This document shows positions 44,075-56,391 of a stretch of 64,000 bases of DNA, piece after piece. The DNA is from Macrostomum lignano (taxonomy: Eukaryota). The position numbers and the translations under genes were made by a program. The notes below the pieces were generated by a model, which was not told the DNA's origin, made no database searches, and worked only from the letters and a program-made list of their open reading frames with translations. Numbering within the stretch: the stretch's first letter is position 1; each line of letters opens with the position of its first letter. The stretch lies in NCBI GenBank assembly GCA_002269645.1, contig NIVC01001306.1, positions 62,001-126,000 on the forward strand, given 5' to 3'.

Positions 44075-46620
44075 CATAAGACTCAGTAGTGATACATTAG
44101 TCTCGGTAGTGATACATTAGTCTCGGTAGTGATACATTAGACTCAATATTGATACATTAGTCTCGGTAGTGATACATTAGACTCAATATTGATACATTAG
44201 TCTCAGTAGTGATACATTAGACTCAATATTGATACATTAGTCTCGGTAGTGATACATTAGACTCAATATTGATACATTAGTCTCAGTAGTGATACATTAG
44301 ACTCAATATTGATACATTAGTCTCAGTAGTGATACATTAGACTCAATATTGATACATTAGTCTCGGTAGTGATACATTAGACTCAATATTGATACATTAG
44401 ACTCAATATTGATACATTAGTCTCGGTAGTGATACATTAGACTCAATATTGATACATTAGACTCAATATTGATACATTAGTCTCGTTAGTGATACATTAG
44501 ACTCAATATTGATACATTAGACTCAGTAGTGATACATTAGACTCAATATTGATACATTAGACTCAGTAGTGATACATTAGACTCAATATTGATACATTAG
44601 ACTCAATATTGATACATTAGTCTCGGTAGTGATACATTAGACTCAATATTGATACATTAGACTCAATATTGATACATTAGTCTCGGTAGTGATACATTAG
44701 ACTCAATATTGATACATTAGACTCAATATTGATACATTAGTCTCGGTAGTGATACATTAGACTCAATATTGATACATTAGACTCAGTAGTGATACATTAG
44801 ACTCAGTAGTGATACATTAGACTCAATATTGATACATTAGACTCAGTAGTGATACATTAGACTCAATATTGATACATTATACTCAATATTGATACATTAG
44901 TCTCGGTAGTGATACATTAGACTCAATATTGATACATTAGACTCAGTAGTGATACATTAGACTCAATATTGATACATTAGACTCAGTAGTGATACATTAG
45001 ACTCAATATTGATACATTAGACTCAATATTGATACATTAGTCTCGGTAGTGATACATTAGACTCAATATTGATACATTAGACTCAGTAGTGATACATTAG
45101 ACTCAGTAGTGATACATTAGACTCAATATTGATACATTAGACTCAATATTGATACATTAGACTCAATATTGATACATTAGTCTCGGTAGTGATACATTAG
45201 ACTCAATATTGATACATTAGACTCAATATTGATACATTAGACTCAATATTGATACATTAGTCTCGGTAGTGATACATTAGACTCAATATTGATACATTAG
45301 ACTCAGTAGTGATACATTAGACTCAATATTGATACATTAGACTCAGTAGTGATACATTAGACTCAGTAGTGATACATTAGACTCAATATTGATACATTAG
45401 ACTCAGTAGTGATACATTAGTCTCGGTAGTGATACATTAGACTCAATATTGATACATTAGTCTCGGTAGTGATACATTAGACTCAATATTGATACATTAG
45501 ACTCAATATTGATACATTAGTCTCGGTAGTGATACATTAGACTCAATATTGATACATTAGACTCAATATTGATACATTAGACTCAATATTGATACATTAG
45601 TCTCGGTAGTGATACATTAGACTCGGTAGTGATACATTAGACTCAATATTGATACATTAGACTCAGTAGTGATACATTAGACTCAGTAGTGATACATTAG
45701 ACTCAATATTGATACATTAGTCTCGGTAGTGATACATTAGACTCAATATTGATACATTAGTCTCGGTAGTGATACATTAGACTCAATATTGATACATTAG
45801 TCTCAGTAGTGATACATTAGACTCAATATTGATACATTAGTCTCGGTAGTGATACATTAGACTCAATTTTGATACATTAGTCTCGGTAGTGATACATTAG
45901 ACTCAATATTGATACATTAGACTCAATATTGATACATTAGTCTCGGTAGTGATACATTAGACTCAATATTGATACATTAGACTCAATATTGATACATTAG
46001 TCTCAGTAGTGATACATTAGACTCAATATTGATACATTAGTCTCGGTAGTGATACATTAGACTCAATATTGATACATTAGTCTCGGTAGTGATACATTAG
46101 ACTCAATATTGATACATTAGACTCAATATTGATACATTAGACTCAGTAGTGATACATTAGACTCAGTAGTGATACATTAGACTCAATATTGATACATTAG
46201 TCTCGGTAGTGATACATTAGACTCAATATTGATACATTAGTCTCGGTAGTGATACATTAGACTCAATATTGATACATTAGACTCAGTAGTGATACATTAG
46301 ACTCAATATTGATACATTAGACTCAGTAGTGATACATTAGACTCAATATTGATACATTAGACTCAGTAGTGATACATTAAACTCAATATTGATACATTAG
46401 ACTCAGTAGTGATACATTAGACTCAATATTGATACATTAGACTCAGTAGTGATACATTAGACTCAGTAGTGATACATTAGACTCAATATTGATACATTAG
46501 TCTGGGTAGTGATACATTAGACTCAATATTGATACATTAGTCTCGGTAGTGATACATTAGACTCAATATTGATACATTAGACTCAGTAGTGATACATTTA
46601 GACTCAGTACTGATACATTA
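44075..46620 (+). repeat. 20-bp satellite with a constant gatacattag half and a variable half (actcaatatt / tctcggtagt / actcagtagt / tctcagtagt), about 127 units
   Basis: Exactly three units per 60-nt line for about 2.5 kb. Confidence 0.99.
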
Positions 46621-47234
46621 GATCCATTGGAATTGTGATACATTAGACTAAATAGTTATATAATATTAGACTCGAAGGTGACACATTAGACTCAATAGCG
46701 ATACACTCAAAGATTGGAACTGCTTGAATATACCTGACTTGGTGGGCCCTAACGACTGGATATAGATCGATAAACTACGAGTACAAGTGGTGAAAGTACA
46801 TACAAAGTAATAAAGGATTAAGACAACAATTCCAAATAAAGAAATGTATTACTTTAGAGATGTTCAATCAGGCCTTTGCCATCTGCAGAACCGGATAGCA
46901 AAATGTCATATAATATATATTGTTTGAGATAAGAAACAGCGCGCATGCGAGGGTGAAAAAATGCTGCACAGAAAATGCAAACTTCAGCTTAAGCTTTCAT
47001 AAGTAGTCTGGTACACAATGTGTTTTACGTACGGAATCTTAGCTTTTTATAGGCACTTCCAGCCAGCCAATGAGGTGCAAAACTGATATAAATGAGACCA
47101 GTCTTTGTGGCTAAATATTCTACTAATAGTACCTTCACTCAGAGAATAGTTTTTTATTAGATGAAAATTCGAATAAGTTGGAAAAGCTGACAACACAGAA
47201 TTTGGATTTTTCAAAGCTCTCAAGCTTGGCAAGC

Positions 47235-48121
47235 CCGCATAAAAGTGGGACGGTCACAGTTTTTTGGTGACGGTAAAAATGTGACACTGCTTGTCACATT
47301 GTCACACGCTTGTGACTGCTTGTCACATCAAAATGTGACACTGCTTGTCACATTTTTGGGTCACATCACATTGATCGGTCACATGAGAGGCCGTTAATAT
47401 GACGGTCACATTGGAGGGTCACATGAGAGATCGTTTATAGGACGGTCACATTGGAGGGTCACAAGAGAGACCGTTCATTTGACGGTCACATGAGAGACCG
47501 TTCATTTGACGGTCACATTGGAGGGTCACAAGAGAGACCGTTTATTTGACGGTCACATTGGAGGGTCACATGAGAGACCGTTCATTTGACGGTCACATTG
47601 GAGGGTCACATGAGAGACCGTTCATTTGACGGTCACATTGGAGGGTCACAAGAGAGACCGTTTATTTGACGGTCACATTGGAGGGTCACAAGAGAGACCG
47701 TTTATTTGACGGTCACATTGGAGGGTCACATGAGAGACCGTTCATTTGACGGTCACATTGGAGGGTCACAAGAGAGACCGTTTATTTGACGGTCACATTG
47801 GAGGGTCACACGAGAGATCGTTTATAGGACGGTCACATTGGAGGGTCACACGAGAGATCGTTTATAGGACGGTCACATTGGATGGTCACAAAAGAGACCG
47901 TTTATTTGACGGTCACATTGGAGGGTCACATGAGAAACCGTTTATTTGACGGTCACATTGGAGGGTCACAAGAAAGACAGTTTATTTGACGGTCACATGA
48001 GAGACCGTTCATTTGACGGTCACATCAGAGGGTCACAATGGAGGGTCAAATGTGATACCATTTTTTGCTGGTCACAAAACAGATCACAAATTCAAAATGT
48101 GACCGTCACACTTTTATACGG
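47235..48121. mobile_element. Non-autonomous DNA transposon (MITE) with 24-bp TIRs and an internal 40-bp tandem array
   Basis: Left end ccgcataaaagtgggacggtcaca; the reverse complement of the right end is ccgtataaaagtgtgacggtcaca (22 of 24 match). The internal unit gacggtcacattggagggtcacaagagagaccgtttattt (about 16 copies) contains the TIR motif. No TSD seen. Confidence 0.75.
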
Positions 48122-48547
48122 TAATTGGGAAGTTTACCAGCGCTGGTATATACCAGCCAACTAAAGTATGTTAGCTACAAATGAGAAATAAATGAACTAT
48201 TTTCGTAAAACAACATTTAAAAATCCAGACAGGACGCATAAAGTTTTGAAAAAAGCGTTGAAGAACAAAATTTGATGTCCTATTATTAATAATTACTATA
48301 AACTATAAAAATATGACTAAATATAATTAACACACCAGCACCCATGAAGCAAATACACGAAAATAAACAAGAAACGACAAGAGAAACCGAACACGGATGG
48401 CTATTACTAGCAGTTTAAAGTTTGTTTTCCGACTTCTAAAAAAATTGGCAAATTTTATGAAAATGAGTCCAGTGATTAATGAGCCGAATCAACAACGAGC
48501 AGGACTGCACTGTCCTCTTAACGATCAACAGGCGCCCCCAGTCTGGC

Positions 48548-51500
48548 TCACGACCAGTCGTCCTCGTTCGGCACATCGGCCGGCCTTGGCTGGAAAGCTC
48601 CGCCGCCGTCGCCCAGGCCGAAACTGTCGTCGATGATTTCGACGGTGCGACCGATGCCGCGTCGAATGTCGCGATACTCGCCGCGTCCGCGGCCGCGGCC
48701 GCCGTAGCCGTTGCCCGAGCAGCCTTCGCGTTCGGCGATTGTCTCAAGCCATTCGGGCACCGGCTGTTGGGCACTGCGGAGATTGCCGACCAGCTGGTGA
48801 GCTAACGGCCCGTCTGCGTTGGGATCGAAGAAGCTGATGGATCTGGGGGATGGAGATTAACATAGTGTCGTTGAGGATTTTGTTACACATAGTTGCGGAG
48901 TTGACTCAATAATGCCTTGGAACTACTCTTAGGAAGGCTGTGAGATCGAGCTTAAGAATGCTGGTGGATTAGCGCAGCAGATGCTGGTGGATTAGCACAG
49001 CAGATGCTATGCTGGTGGATTAGCGCAGCAGATGCTGGTGGATTAGCACAGCAGATGCTGGTGGATTAGCACAGCAGATGCTGGTGGATTAGCACAGCAG
49101 ATGCTGGTGGATTAGCACAGCAGATGCTATGCTGGTGGATTAGCGCAACAGATGCTATGCTGGTGGATTAGCGCAACAGATGCTATGCTGGTGGATTAGC
49201 GCAACAGATGCTATGCTGGTGGATTAGCGCAACAGATGCTGGTGGATTAGCACAGCAGATGCTGGTGGATTAGCGCAACAGATGCTGGTGGATTAGCACA
49301 GCAGATGCTGGTGGATTAGCACAGCAGATGCTGGTGGATTAGCGCAACAGATGCTATGCTGGTGGATTAGCGCAACAGATGCTATGCTGGTGGATTAGCG
49401 CAACAAAGCTCACGATAGCCTCACCTGCCCAGATTGCCGCAGCGCCCAGTCCGGCCAATCCTGTGCACATAGCTGGAGTCATCCTGCGGCAAGTCGTAAT
49501 TAATCACCAGCGATATGCCTGAGATGTCGATGCCGCGGGACATCATATTAGTAGTCACCATCACCGGTGTGGTGCCGCTGCGGAACTCGGAGAAGGCCCG
49601 CTGACGCTCGGCTGGCGGCCGGTCGCCGTGATTATTGGTGGCCTAGTTGAATACGAAGCAATCGATCAGTACAGGTGCACTCATAGATTAACCAAATAGA
49701 GCCTGATATCATCATATTAATAAACGCCTAAATTCCAATACTGGATCGAAGCTTCACAATTGGACGAAAACTGCAGCTGCAAGCAGTCATTAACCATTCC
49801 GATGACCCCTGAGCATGCGCGCGCTGACTCAGGGTGCACAGCAGCCCTGACTTGATGGCGTGCTCAATGGTCAGAAAAATAGGCATAAAAATATGACTGA
49901 TTTGCCTTCTTCACTGGCTGCGGATCAATTTTCGTCATGATTTGAAGCTGTGACTCACGCCCTTTCCTTACCTACAACCACAGAGACTAGAATAACTTAT
50001 TCTAGTATATCTGAGACTACAGTAAACAAGCAGACACACAGTAGACATTCGAGTGACAGACAAGCAGTGACACAGCGGACATGTCAGTGACAGACAAGCA
50101 GACACACAGTAGATACGCGAGTGACAGACAAGCAGAGACACAGTAGATACGCGAGTGACAGACAAGCAGTGACGCAGTAGACATGCGAGTGACAGACAAG
50201 CAGTGACGCAGTAGACATGCGAGTGACAGACAAGCAATGACGCAGTAGACATGCGAGTGACAGACAAGCAATGACGCAGTAGACATGCGAGTGACAGACA
50301 AGCAGTGACGCAGTAGACATGCGAGTGACAGACAAGCAGTGACGCAGTAGACATGCGAGTGACAGACAAGCAGTGACGCAGTAGACATGCGAGTGACAGA
50401 CAAGCAGTGACGCAGTAGACATGCGAGTGACAGACAAGCAGTGACGCAGTAGACATGCGAGTGACAGACAAGCAGAGACACAGCAGACATGCGAGTGACA
50501 GACAAGCAGAGACACAGCAGACATGCGAGTGACAGGCAAGCAGTGACACAGCGGACATGCGAGTGACAGACAAGCAGAGACACAGCAGACATGCGAGTGA
50601 CAGACAAGCAGAGACACAGCAGACATGCGAGTGACAGACAAGCGAGTGACAGACAAGCAGACACACAACAGACATGCGAGTGACAGACAAGCAGAGACAC
50701 AGCAGACATGCGAGTGACAGGCAAGCAGTGACACAGCGGACATGCGAGTGACAGACAAGCAGAGACACAGCAGACATGCGAGTGACAGACAAGCAATGAC
50801 ACAGCAGACATGCGAATGACAGACAAGCAGAGACACAGCAGACATGCGAGTGACAGACAAGCAGAGACACAGCAGACATGCGAGTGACAGACAAGCGAGT
50901 GACAGACAAGCAGACACACAACAGACATGCGAGTGACAGACAAGCAGAGACACAGCAGACATGCGAGTGACAGGCAAGCAGTGACACAGCGGACATGCGA
51001 GTGACAGACAAGCAGAGACACAGCAGACATGCGAGTGACAGACAAGCAATGACACAGCAGACATGCGAATGACAGACAAGCAGAGACACAGCAGACATGC
51101 GAGTGACAGGTGTCCCTCCGCTCAATGGCTCACCTCAAAGCCCTTGTCGCACAGCAGCATGCCAATCAGGTTGGCCGTCTCCTTTCGTTCGACAAACACC
51201 AAAACTTTTCGCTCGCCAAATCCGTTAGGCTCTAGGTCGCGAAATTCTGCTAGCAAAGCTAACAAAGTGGCGACCTTGTCGCCCTGAGACACTTCGCGCA
51301 CCTCCTGGGTCACGTCGGGACTGGGCTTGCCAACCCGGCCGATGCTTAAAAACAAGTAGTCCTGGGCCAGGTAGCTGCCGGCTAGAGTCTGCACAGAGTG
51401 CGGGTAAGTAGCGGAGAACATGATCACCTGGCGCCGCTGATCGGCCGATTGCATAAAGGCCACAACGTCCTCTTGGAATCCCTGTTCCAGCATCCGGTCG

Positions 51501-54500
51501 GCTTCATCCAGTACAATAAGCTTAGTTCTAGCTAGGCTAACTAAATTGCGATTAATGAAATCTTTCAGCCGGCCAACTGTAGCAACCAGGGTGTGCGCGC
51601 CGGACTGCAGGCATTTCACTAGGTGGGCGTGCTGGATGCTGCCGTGAATGCGCTGTACTTTTAGGCCGACCGGCTTGAAATAGACGGTGCACTGGTCGTA
51701 CACCTGAGAATTGGCGATTGGCAAGATGGGTATATACAGTATTTGTCAGATGATAAGAGCACAAATTTTTTACAGAAAATTGCTGTACTTATTATCTGCA
51801 GCATTAGCTAATCCTGGTATCAAGCCATCCATGTTCAAGAGCCCAATATTTCAAATACCAACTTAATAAGTTTCCAGGCTTCTCTTTTCCTTCGTCTTGT
51901 CAGGCTGTCTTCTTCTGCAGGGGCGGATTTAGGGGCGAAGGCCAAAATAGCTTTATAGAACATATTGCGTCCCCCCCCCCTAAAAAAAACCTAAGTTTGC
52001 GCCCCTTAGCTTGATTTTTCGCTCCCCTACACGCATTTTTTGCGGCCCTAAGCTTGATTTTTCGCTCCCCTACACGCATTTTTTGCGGCCCTAAGCTTGA
52101 TTTTTCGCTCCCCTACACGCATTTTTTGCGGCCCTAAGCTTGATTTTTCGCTCCCCTACACGCATTTTTTGCGGCCCTAAGCTTGATTTTTCGCTCCCCT
52201 ACACGCATTTTTTGCGGCCCTAAGCTTGATTTTTCGCTCCCCTACACGCATTTTTTGCGGCCCTAAGCTTGATTTTTCGCTCCCCTACACGCATTTTTTG
52301 CGGCCCTAAGCTTGATTTTTCGCTCCCCTACACGCATTTTTTGCGGCCCTAAGCTTGATTTTTCGCTCCCCTACACGCATTTTTTGCGGCCCTAAGCTTG
52401 ATTTTTCGCTCCCCTACACGCATTTTTTGCGGCCCTAAGCTTGATTTTTCGCTCCCCTACACGCATTTTTGCGGCCCTAAGCTTGATTTTTCGCTCCCCT
52501 ACACGCATTTTTTGCGGCCCTAAGCTTGATTTTTCGGCCCTACACGCATTTTTTGCGCCCCTAGCTTAAAAATTGGCTGGCGCCCTTATACTCGTGCTGG
52601 CGCCCCAAACTTGGACCGCCCCCCCCCCAAAAAATGAAACTCTAGATCGCCACTGTGTATGCATGCGTTAAAAGTTATGATCAATCTTAAACCACTTGAT
52701 GTTGGTTACAAAACACGATTTTCGAGTCACAGCTACCCAAATCGCTGTTACTGTCGTCTGTCGCTTATGTTGCTTCACAAATTCACCATTTAACGAGAGT
52801 CGAGATGCATTTCTGATAGCGCTCAATCAGTTTGTCTAAGTCAGCGTTCCAGAAATTGGCTCCACCGTCCGCTCACGCGGCACCCAGTTCGCACGGTGAT
52901 GCTCGAACATTGGCGTGCGACCAAGAGAGTGGACACCAAATGCATCAAAGGTCTGCGGTCGCTGTTTTACTATGCCGTTGGCATGCCATGATGAAATGAG
53001 TTAGAATAGATGCCAACCCTCATCTCTGTCTCTTTGGCAAAATTTCAAATCGTGTTTTCGCCTTCTAAAGGTTGCAGCTTGTTTTGTCAACATGAAACAC
53101 AGTTTCAGGACAGGTTTGGTCTGTGGTCTATATCAGAAGCCTAGCTAACTTTACAGTAGCTAAGAGAGTCAGTAGCAATTATTTTAAGCCTCCAAATCTT
53201 TCTAAGACAACAACAACAATTCTTACCTGAGTAGCCAGCTCCCTTGTAGGCACAACAATCAGCGAAGTTGGATAGCAGACTCCATTAAAGACAGTATTAT
53301 CAGTACTGAGCGTATCCAATAGCATTTTAATAATAGGCAGTAGATAGGCCAGAGTCTTGCCAGAGCCAGTCTGAGCGCAGGCCAGCAGATCGCGGCCAGA
53401 CGCTACAATGGGTATAGCATAGGCCTGCACAGGGAATAGCCTATTGATTTTAAACGAATCGGTGACCACCTTCAGCACGGAGTCGGGCACGCCAATTTCT
53501 TGCAGCGTTTTAATTGGAGGCGGCTTATTGCTACCGGTCAGTTCTACCTGTAAAATGCGGACAGCAGATTGAATATTAAATACAATTAATACTACTTTTT
53601 ATTAAGTAGCCAAGTAAAAACTAAGAATGACCTTTTACAGGTATGTTGAACCTTTAAATTTATGGTAGGGGATTGTAACGTAGTGGTTAGAGCGTCGGAC
53701 TCACAACTTGAAGGTCGGGGGTTCGATTCCCGATCCCACTGGAACAATTTGTGGCAGACACAAACTCTGCATTGCTTCAGTTCACCCAACTGTAAAATGG
53801 GTGCCAGCATTAGCTGGGGTAATTGATGGTGTGGCGACCCCCAGTCATTGGACTGAACAGCCGTACCTTCAGATGCGCCGCGCAATAGCTGCGGCTGAGC
53901 TGTCGGTTGCACATCTGGTCTTTTGACAAGGAGATGGGTAATTCTACATAGGTTCCGCTCCTAGTAGCAATCAAACCGCCTTGCATATTGTCCATGCCGC
54001 TTACAACCCCCCCCCCCCAGCCAAGCTGATTTACGAACCTCAATCTGGTCAAAGATAGGCGCATTAACGCCAGTCTTAACCGACATCCGAGCGATGGCTT
54101 CCACTGTGAGTTCGGTAGGTATATAGGTCTCCCGCACTATGGGATCGCCGGCAGCAGCGTCATCGGCACCAACGCGAGTCGGACAGTCGCGCGCGATGTG
54201 ACCGGGCTGGTTGCACTTGTAGCAAACTTCGGCTGATGCATTCGGACAATCTCTAGCTATGTGTCCGGTTTCTTTGCACCTGTAGCAGGCGCCGTCACCT
54301 CCGCCTCCACCTCTGCCGCCACCTCCTGAAGGCTGGTTGGGACAATCTCTAGCTATGTGTCCGGTTTCATTGCACCTATAGCAGGCGCCGTCACCTCCGC
54401 CTCCACCTCTGCCGCCACCTCCTGAAGGCTGGTTGGGACAATCTCTAGCTATGTGTCCGGTTTCATTGCACCTATAGCAGGCGCCGTCACCTCCGCCTCC

Positions 54501-54869
54501 ACCTCTGCCGCCACCTCCTGAAGGCTGGTTGGGACAATCTCTAGCTATGTGTCCGGTTTCATTGCACCTGAAGCAACCTTGTCTTCTTCCGGAACTATCT
54601 CCGCCTCCGCCACCGCCACCGCTGCCGCCAAAGCCTATAGAAGCGCCAAATCCAGTAGTAGAATTAAGCCCAGTTGGCGGGCTAGCAACGGCTCCGTTAG
54701 ACACAGTGGCGCCAGCACGGCCGCCATTGAAACCAGTGTTAATAGCGGCATTAGTCTCTATACCCAGCGCGACTGGCTGGGAAGCTGGGTGATGAGGCAC
54801 AGGAGGCGACGGGATTAGCCCGTTGCTACTTGATGGGCTCGCAGATTTCCAAGCTCCACGTCCAGCCAT
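48548..54869 (-). CDS. vasa: Vasa/DDX4-type DEAD-box RNA helicase with 5 CCHC zinc knuckles, 744 aa. Exons: 54869-54039, 53547-53227, 51703-51134, 49642-49425, 48842-48548
   Basis: Gly-rich/RGG N-terminus with 5 x CxxCxxxGHxxxDC; Q motif FPVQAYAIP; [15 protein letters not shown]; PTRELATQ; LDEADRML; FSAT; LVFVERK; SRGID; [13 protein letters not shown]; acidic C-terminus EDDWS typical of Vasa. GT-AG introns have phases 0,0,0,2, total 2235 nt. Confidence 0.93.
48958..49405 (+). repeat. 23/28-bp minisatellite (atgctggtggattagcacagcag) in vasa intron 4
   Basis: Directly visible; begins about 20 nt from the donor. Confidence 0.96.
50030..51110 (+). repeat. 34-bp minisatellite (gtgacagacaagcagtgacgcagtagacatgcga), about 32 copies, in vasa intron 3
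   Basis: Directly visible; the Cys-rich ORFs here are repeat translations. Confidence 0.97.
51918..52655. mobile_element. hAT-like MITE in vasa intron 2 carrying a 43-bp internal tandem array (about 52005-52560, about 13 copies)
   Basis: Ends CAGGGGCGGATTTAG and CTAGATCGCCACTG (reverse complement CAGTGGCGATCTAG); unit ccctaagcttgatttttcgctcccctacacgcattttttgcgg. The flanking 8-mers do not match, so no intact TSD. Confidence 0.65.
53668..53910 (+). mobile_element. SINE family 1 copy in vasa intron 1
   Basis: Near-identical to 22385-22650 (ttcagttcacccaactgtaaaatgggtgccagcattagctgggg...gatgcgccgcgcaatagctgcggctgagctgtcggttgc). Confidence 0.85.
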
Positions 54870-55194
54870 AATTTGTTTTTCAAGTTCTCAGAAAAAGCCG
54901 GGATAGCAATAAATAGCAATAAGTGCCTTGGTGGCTGGCCTACATTGGGCTGAGACTCGCACGACAAGCCCTCAGATTAATTTATCAAAAAATCAAAAGA
55001 CATTTTTAAATCTCTAAAAGCTAGTCAGAAGCTTTAGTTGCTGAGAGCTAACCTACCCCTTTCCACGTATAATCGTTAATTTCAAGGATAAATGAGTAAT
55101 AGCTTAAATACGATATAACAGACTATTTATTGTACAAATTTGTTAGCTAGCAAATTTATCAGTCAAATAATTATGAGTCAAGCAACTATAAGAG

Positions 55195-55671
55195 CTACAG
55201 TCCCCGTCGAGGAGTTCTCTCAGACTGGTCGTCGGCGTACTCGTATGGCCTGGCGCGTTTAGTTTTCTGTGGAAACGGCCTAAAGAATGGCATCGGCTTG
55301 TGAAACACGGCCGTTAAATCATCCAGCGTGGGACCGAATCGTTCGCGATTGTCAGCGAGCCGAACTAGGCTGGGCTTCAATGGTGCAGCAGATAAGGACT
55401 CCGACTCGGCAACGCTGCTAGACTCAGCCGGCATAGGCAGAGTGGAATCGTAGGGTTGTCGCTTACTGGGATGCCAGCATAGGACGAATCCGCCGCAGTT
55501 GCTAACGGCAATGGCGTCTGATTGGTCCAGCTGACGCTTGGGGCTCTCGCCGCTGTTGTCAAGGGTGGTAGCGATATGGGCGGGCAGGCGGATCCCGCAT
55601 TGCTGTTGCTGGTGCGCTCTACTAGTATACAGTTGAAAGCTGTTGAGAAGCGGCCTGATAATCCGCTGCAT
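55195..55671 (-). CDS. MRPL42: Mitochondrial ribosomal protein mL42 (MRPL42/MRP-S32), intronless CDS, 158 aa
   Basis: IAVSNCGGFVLCWHPSKRQPYDSTLPMP and GPTLDDLTAVFHKPMPFFRP match the mL42 pattern (human [28 protein letters not shown] / GPMIEQLSKMF, recalled from memory). The N-terminus MQRIIRPLLNSFQLYTSRA is Arg-rich and presequence-like. AATAAA at 55131-55126. Confidence 0.82.
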   Translation of the reverse strand: MQRIIRPLLNSFQLYTSRAHQQQQCGIRLPAHIATTLDNSGESPKRQLDQSDAIAVSNCGGFVLCWHPSKRQPYDSTLPMPAESSSVAESESLSAAPLKPSLVRLADNRERFGPTLDDLTAVFHKPMPFFRPFPQKTKRARPYEYADDQSERTPRRGL

Positions 55672-55689
55672 TGTCAGAGTCTGCAGCGG

Positions 55690-55716
55690 CTGCGGAAATA
55701 AGAGAGAGAGAGAGGG
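55690..55716 (-). promoter_or_regulatory. Strong 3' splice acceptor in the 5' leader of MRPL42 (candidate spliced-leader trans-splice site)
   Basis: ccctctctctctctcttatttccgcAG lies 18 nt upstream of the ATG, with no obvious upstream exon. Confidence 0.5.
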
Positions 55717-55849
55717 ATTGCAAGCTCGGATAATGAGCCACCGTGTAAAACACATTGCCTACTAATGAGTAGTAAGAACAAAATGTGAAGCAAATATTCT
55801 ATGTACACTGTAGCTAAATTTAACTATGAAAAAGTGAGTTCTACGGGTC

Positions 55850-56150
55850 TTAGCTCGTAAAATACGAAATCGATAATAATACTCCCAGGGCTGTCGGCAT
55901 CTTGGTGCAACGCCTTTGGCGACATCGTCTTACAACCAGCGCTAATCAATTCTGCCCATTCCGCAGACTTCTGAGCACACACAAGCGCACCAATACTGTA
56001 TGCAAGCACGCACTCGTACACAACGCTCACACAGAGTGTACAGCTGCCCTTGTGACTGTCTAATCGTCAGGTGCAGCTCTCTGTGCCTTGAGGTTTGGCT
56101 TTCATAGCTGTGAATCTCACCACACAATCCCTAAATGAGGCAAGACAGGG
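55850..56150 (-). mobile_element. SINE family 2 body
   Basis: The reverse complement has gctgtacactc...tacgagtgcgtgcttgcatacag...gcggaatgggcag...gatgtcgccaaaggcgttgcacc, matching 37140-37290. Confidence 0.65.
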
Positions 56151-56391
56151 GGCTTGTGGCGCTAGAGGCGCTTTTAACGCTGAGCACTTTCTCATTTAGA
56201 AGCTCCTAATCAGTGAATTAACTTCTTACTTAGTGCTAGTCAGGGCTCAAGGTTTGTCTTCTGTCAGCTCTCTTCTCTCTAATAATCTATTCTATCCTCT
56301 TCTTCTCTCCCCCTGTTTAAATAGTTTTTATTAAAGCGTCACAATCGCAGTGCCATTAGTCATCCTTAATCCAAATTCAGGATGCCAAATT

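Noticed and set aside
44075-46620. Constant/variable alternation resembling a repeat-spacer array
   Set aside because: The variable halves are only 3-4 closely related 10-mers, not unique spacers.
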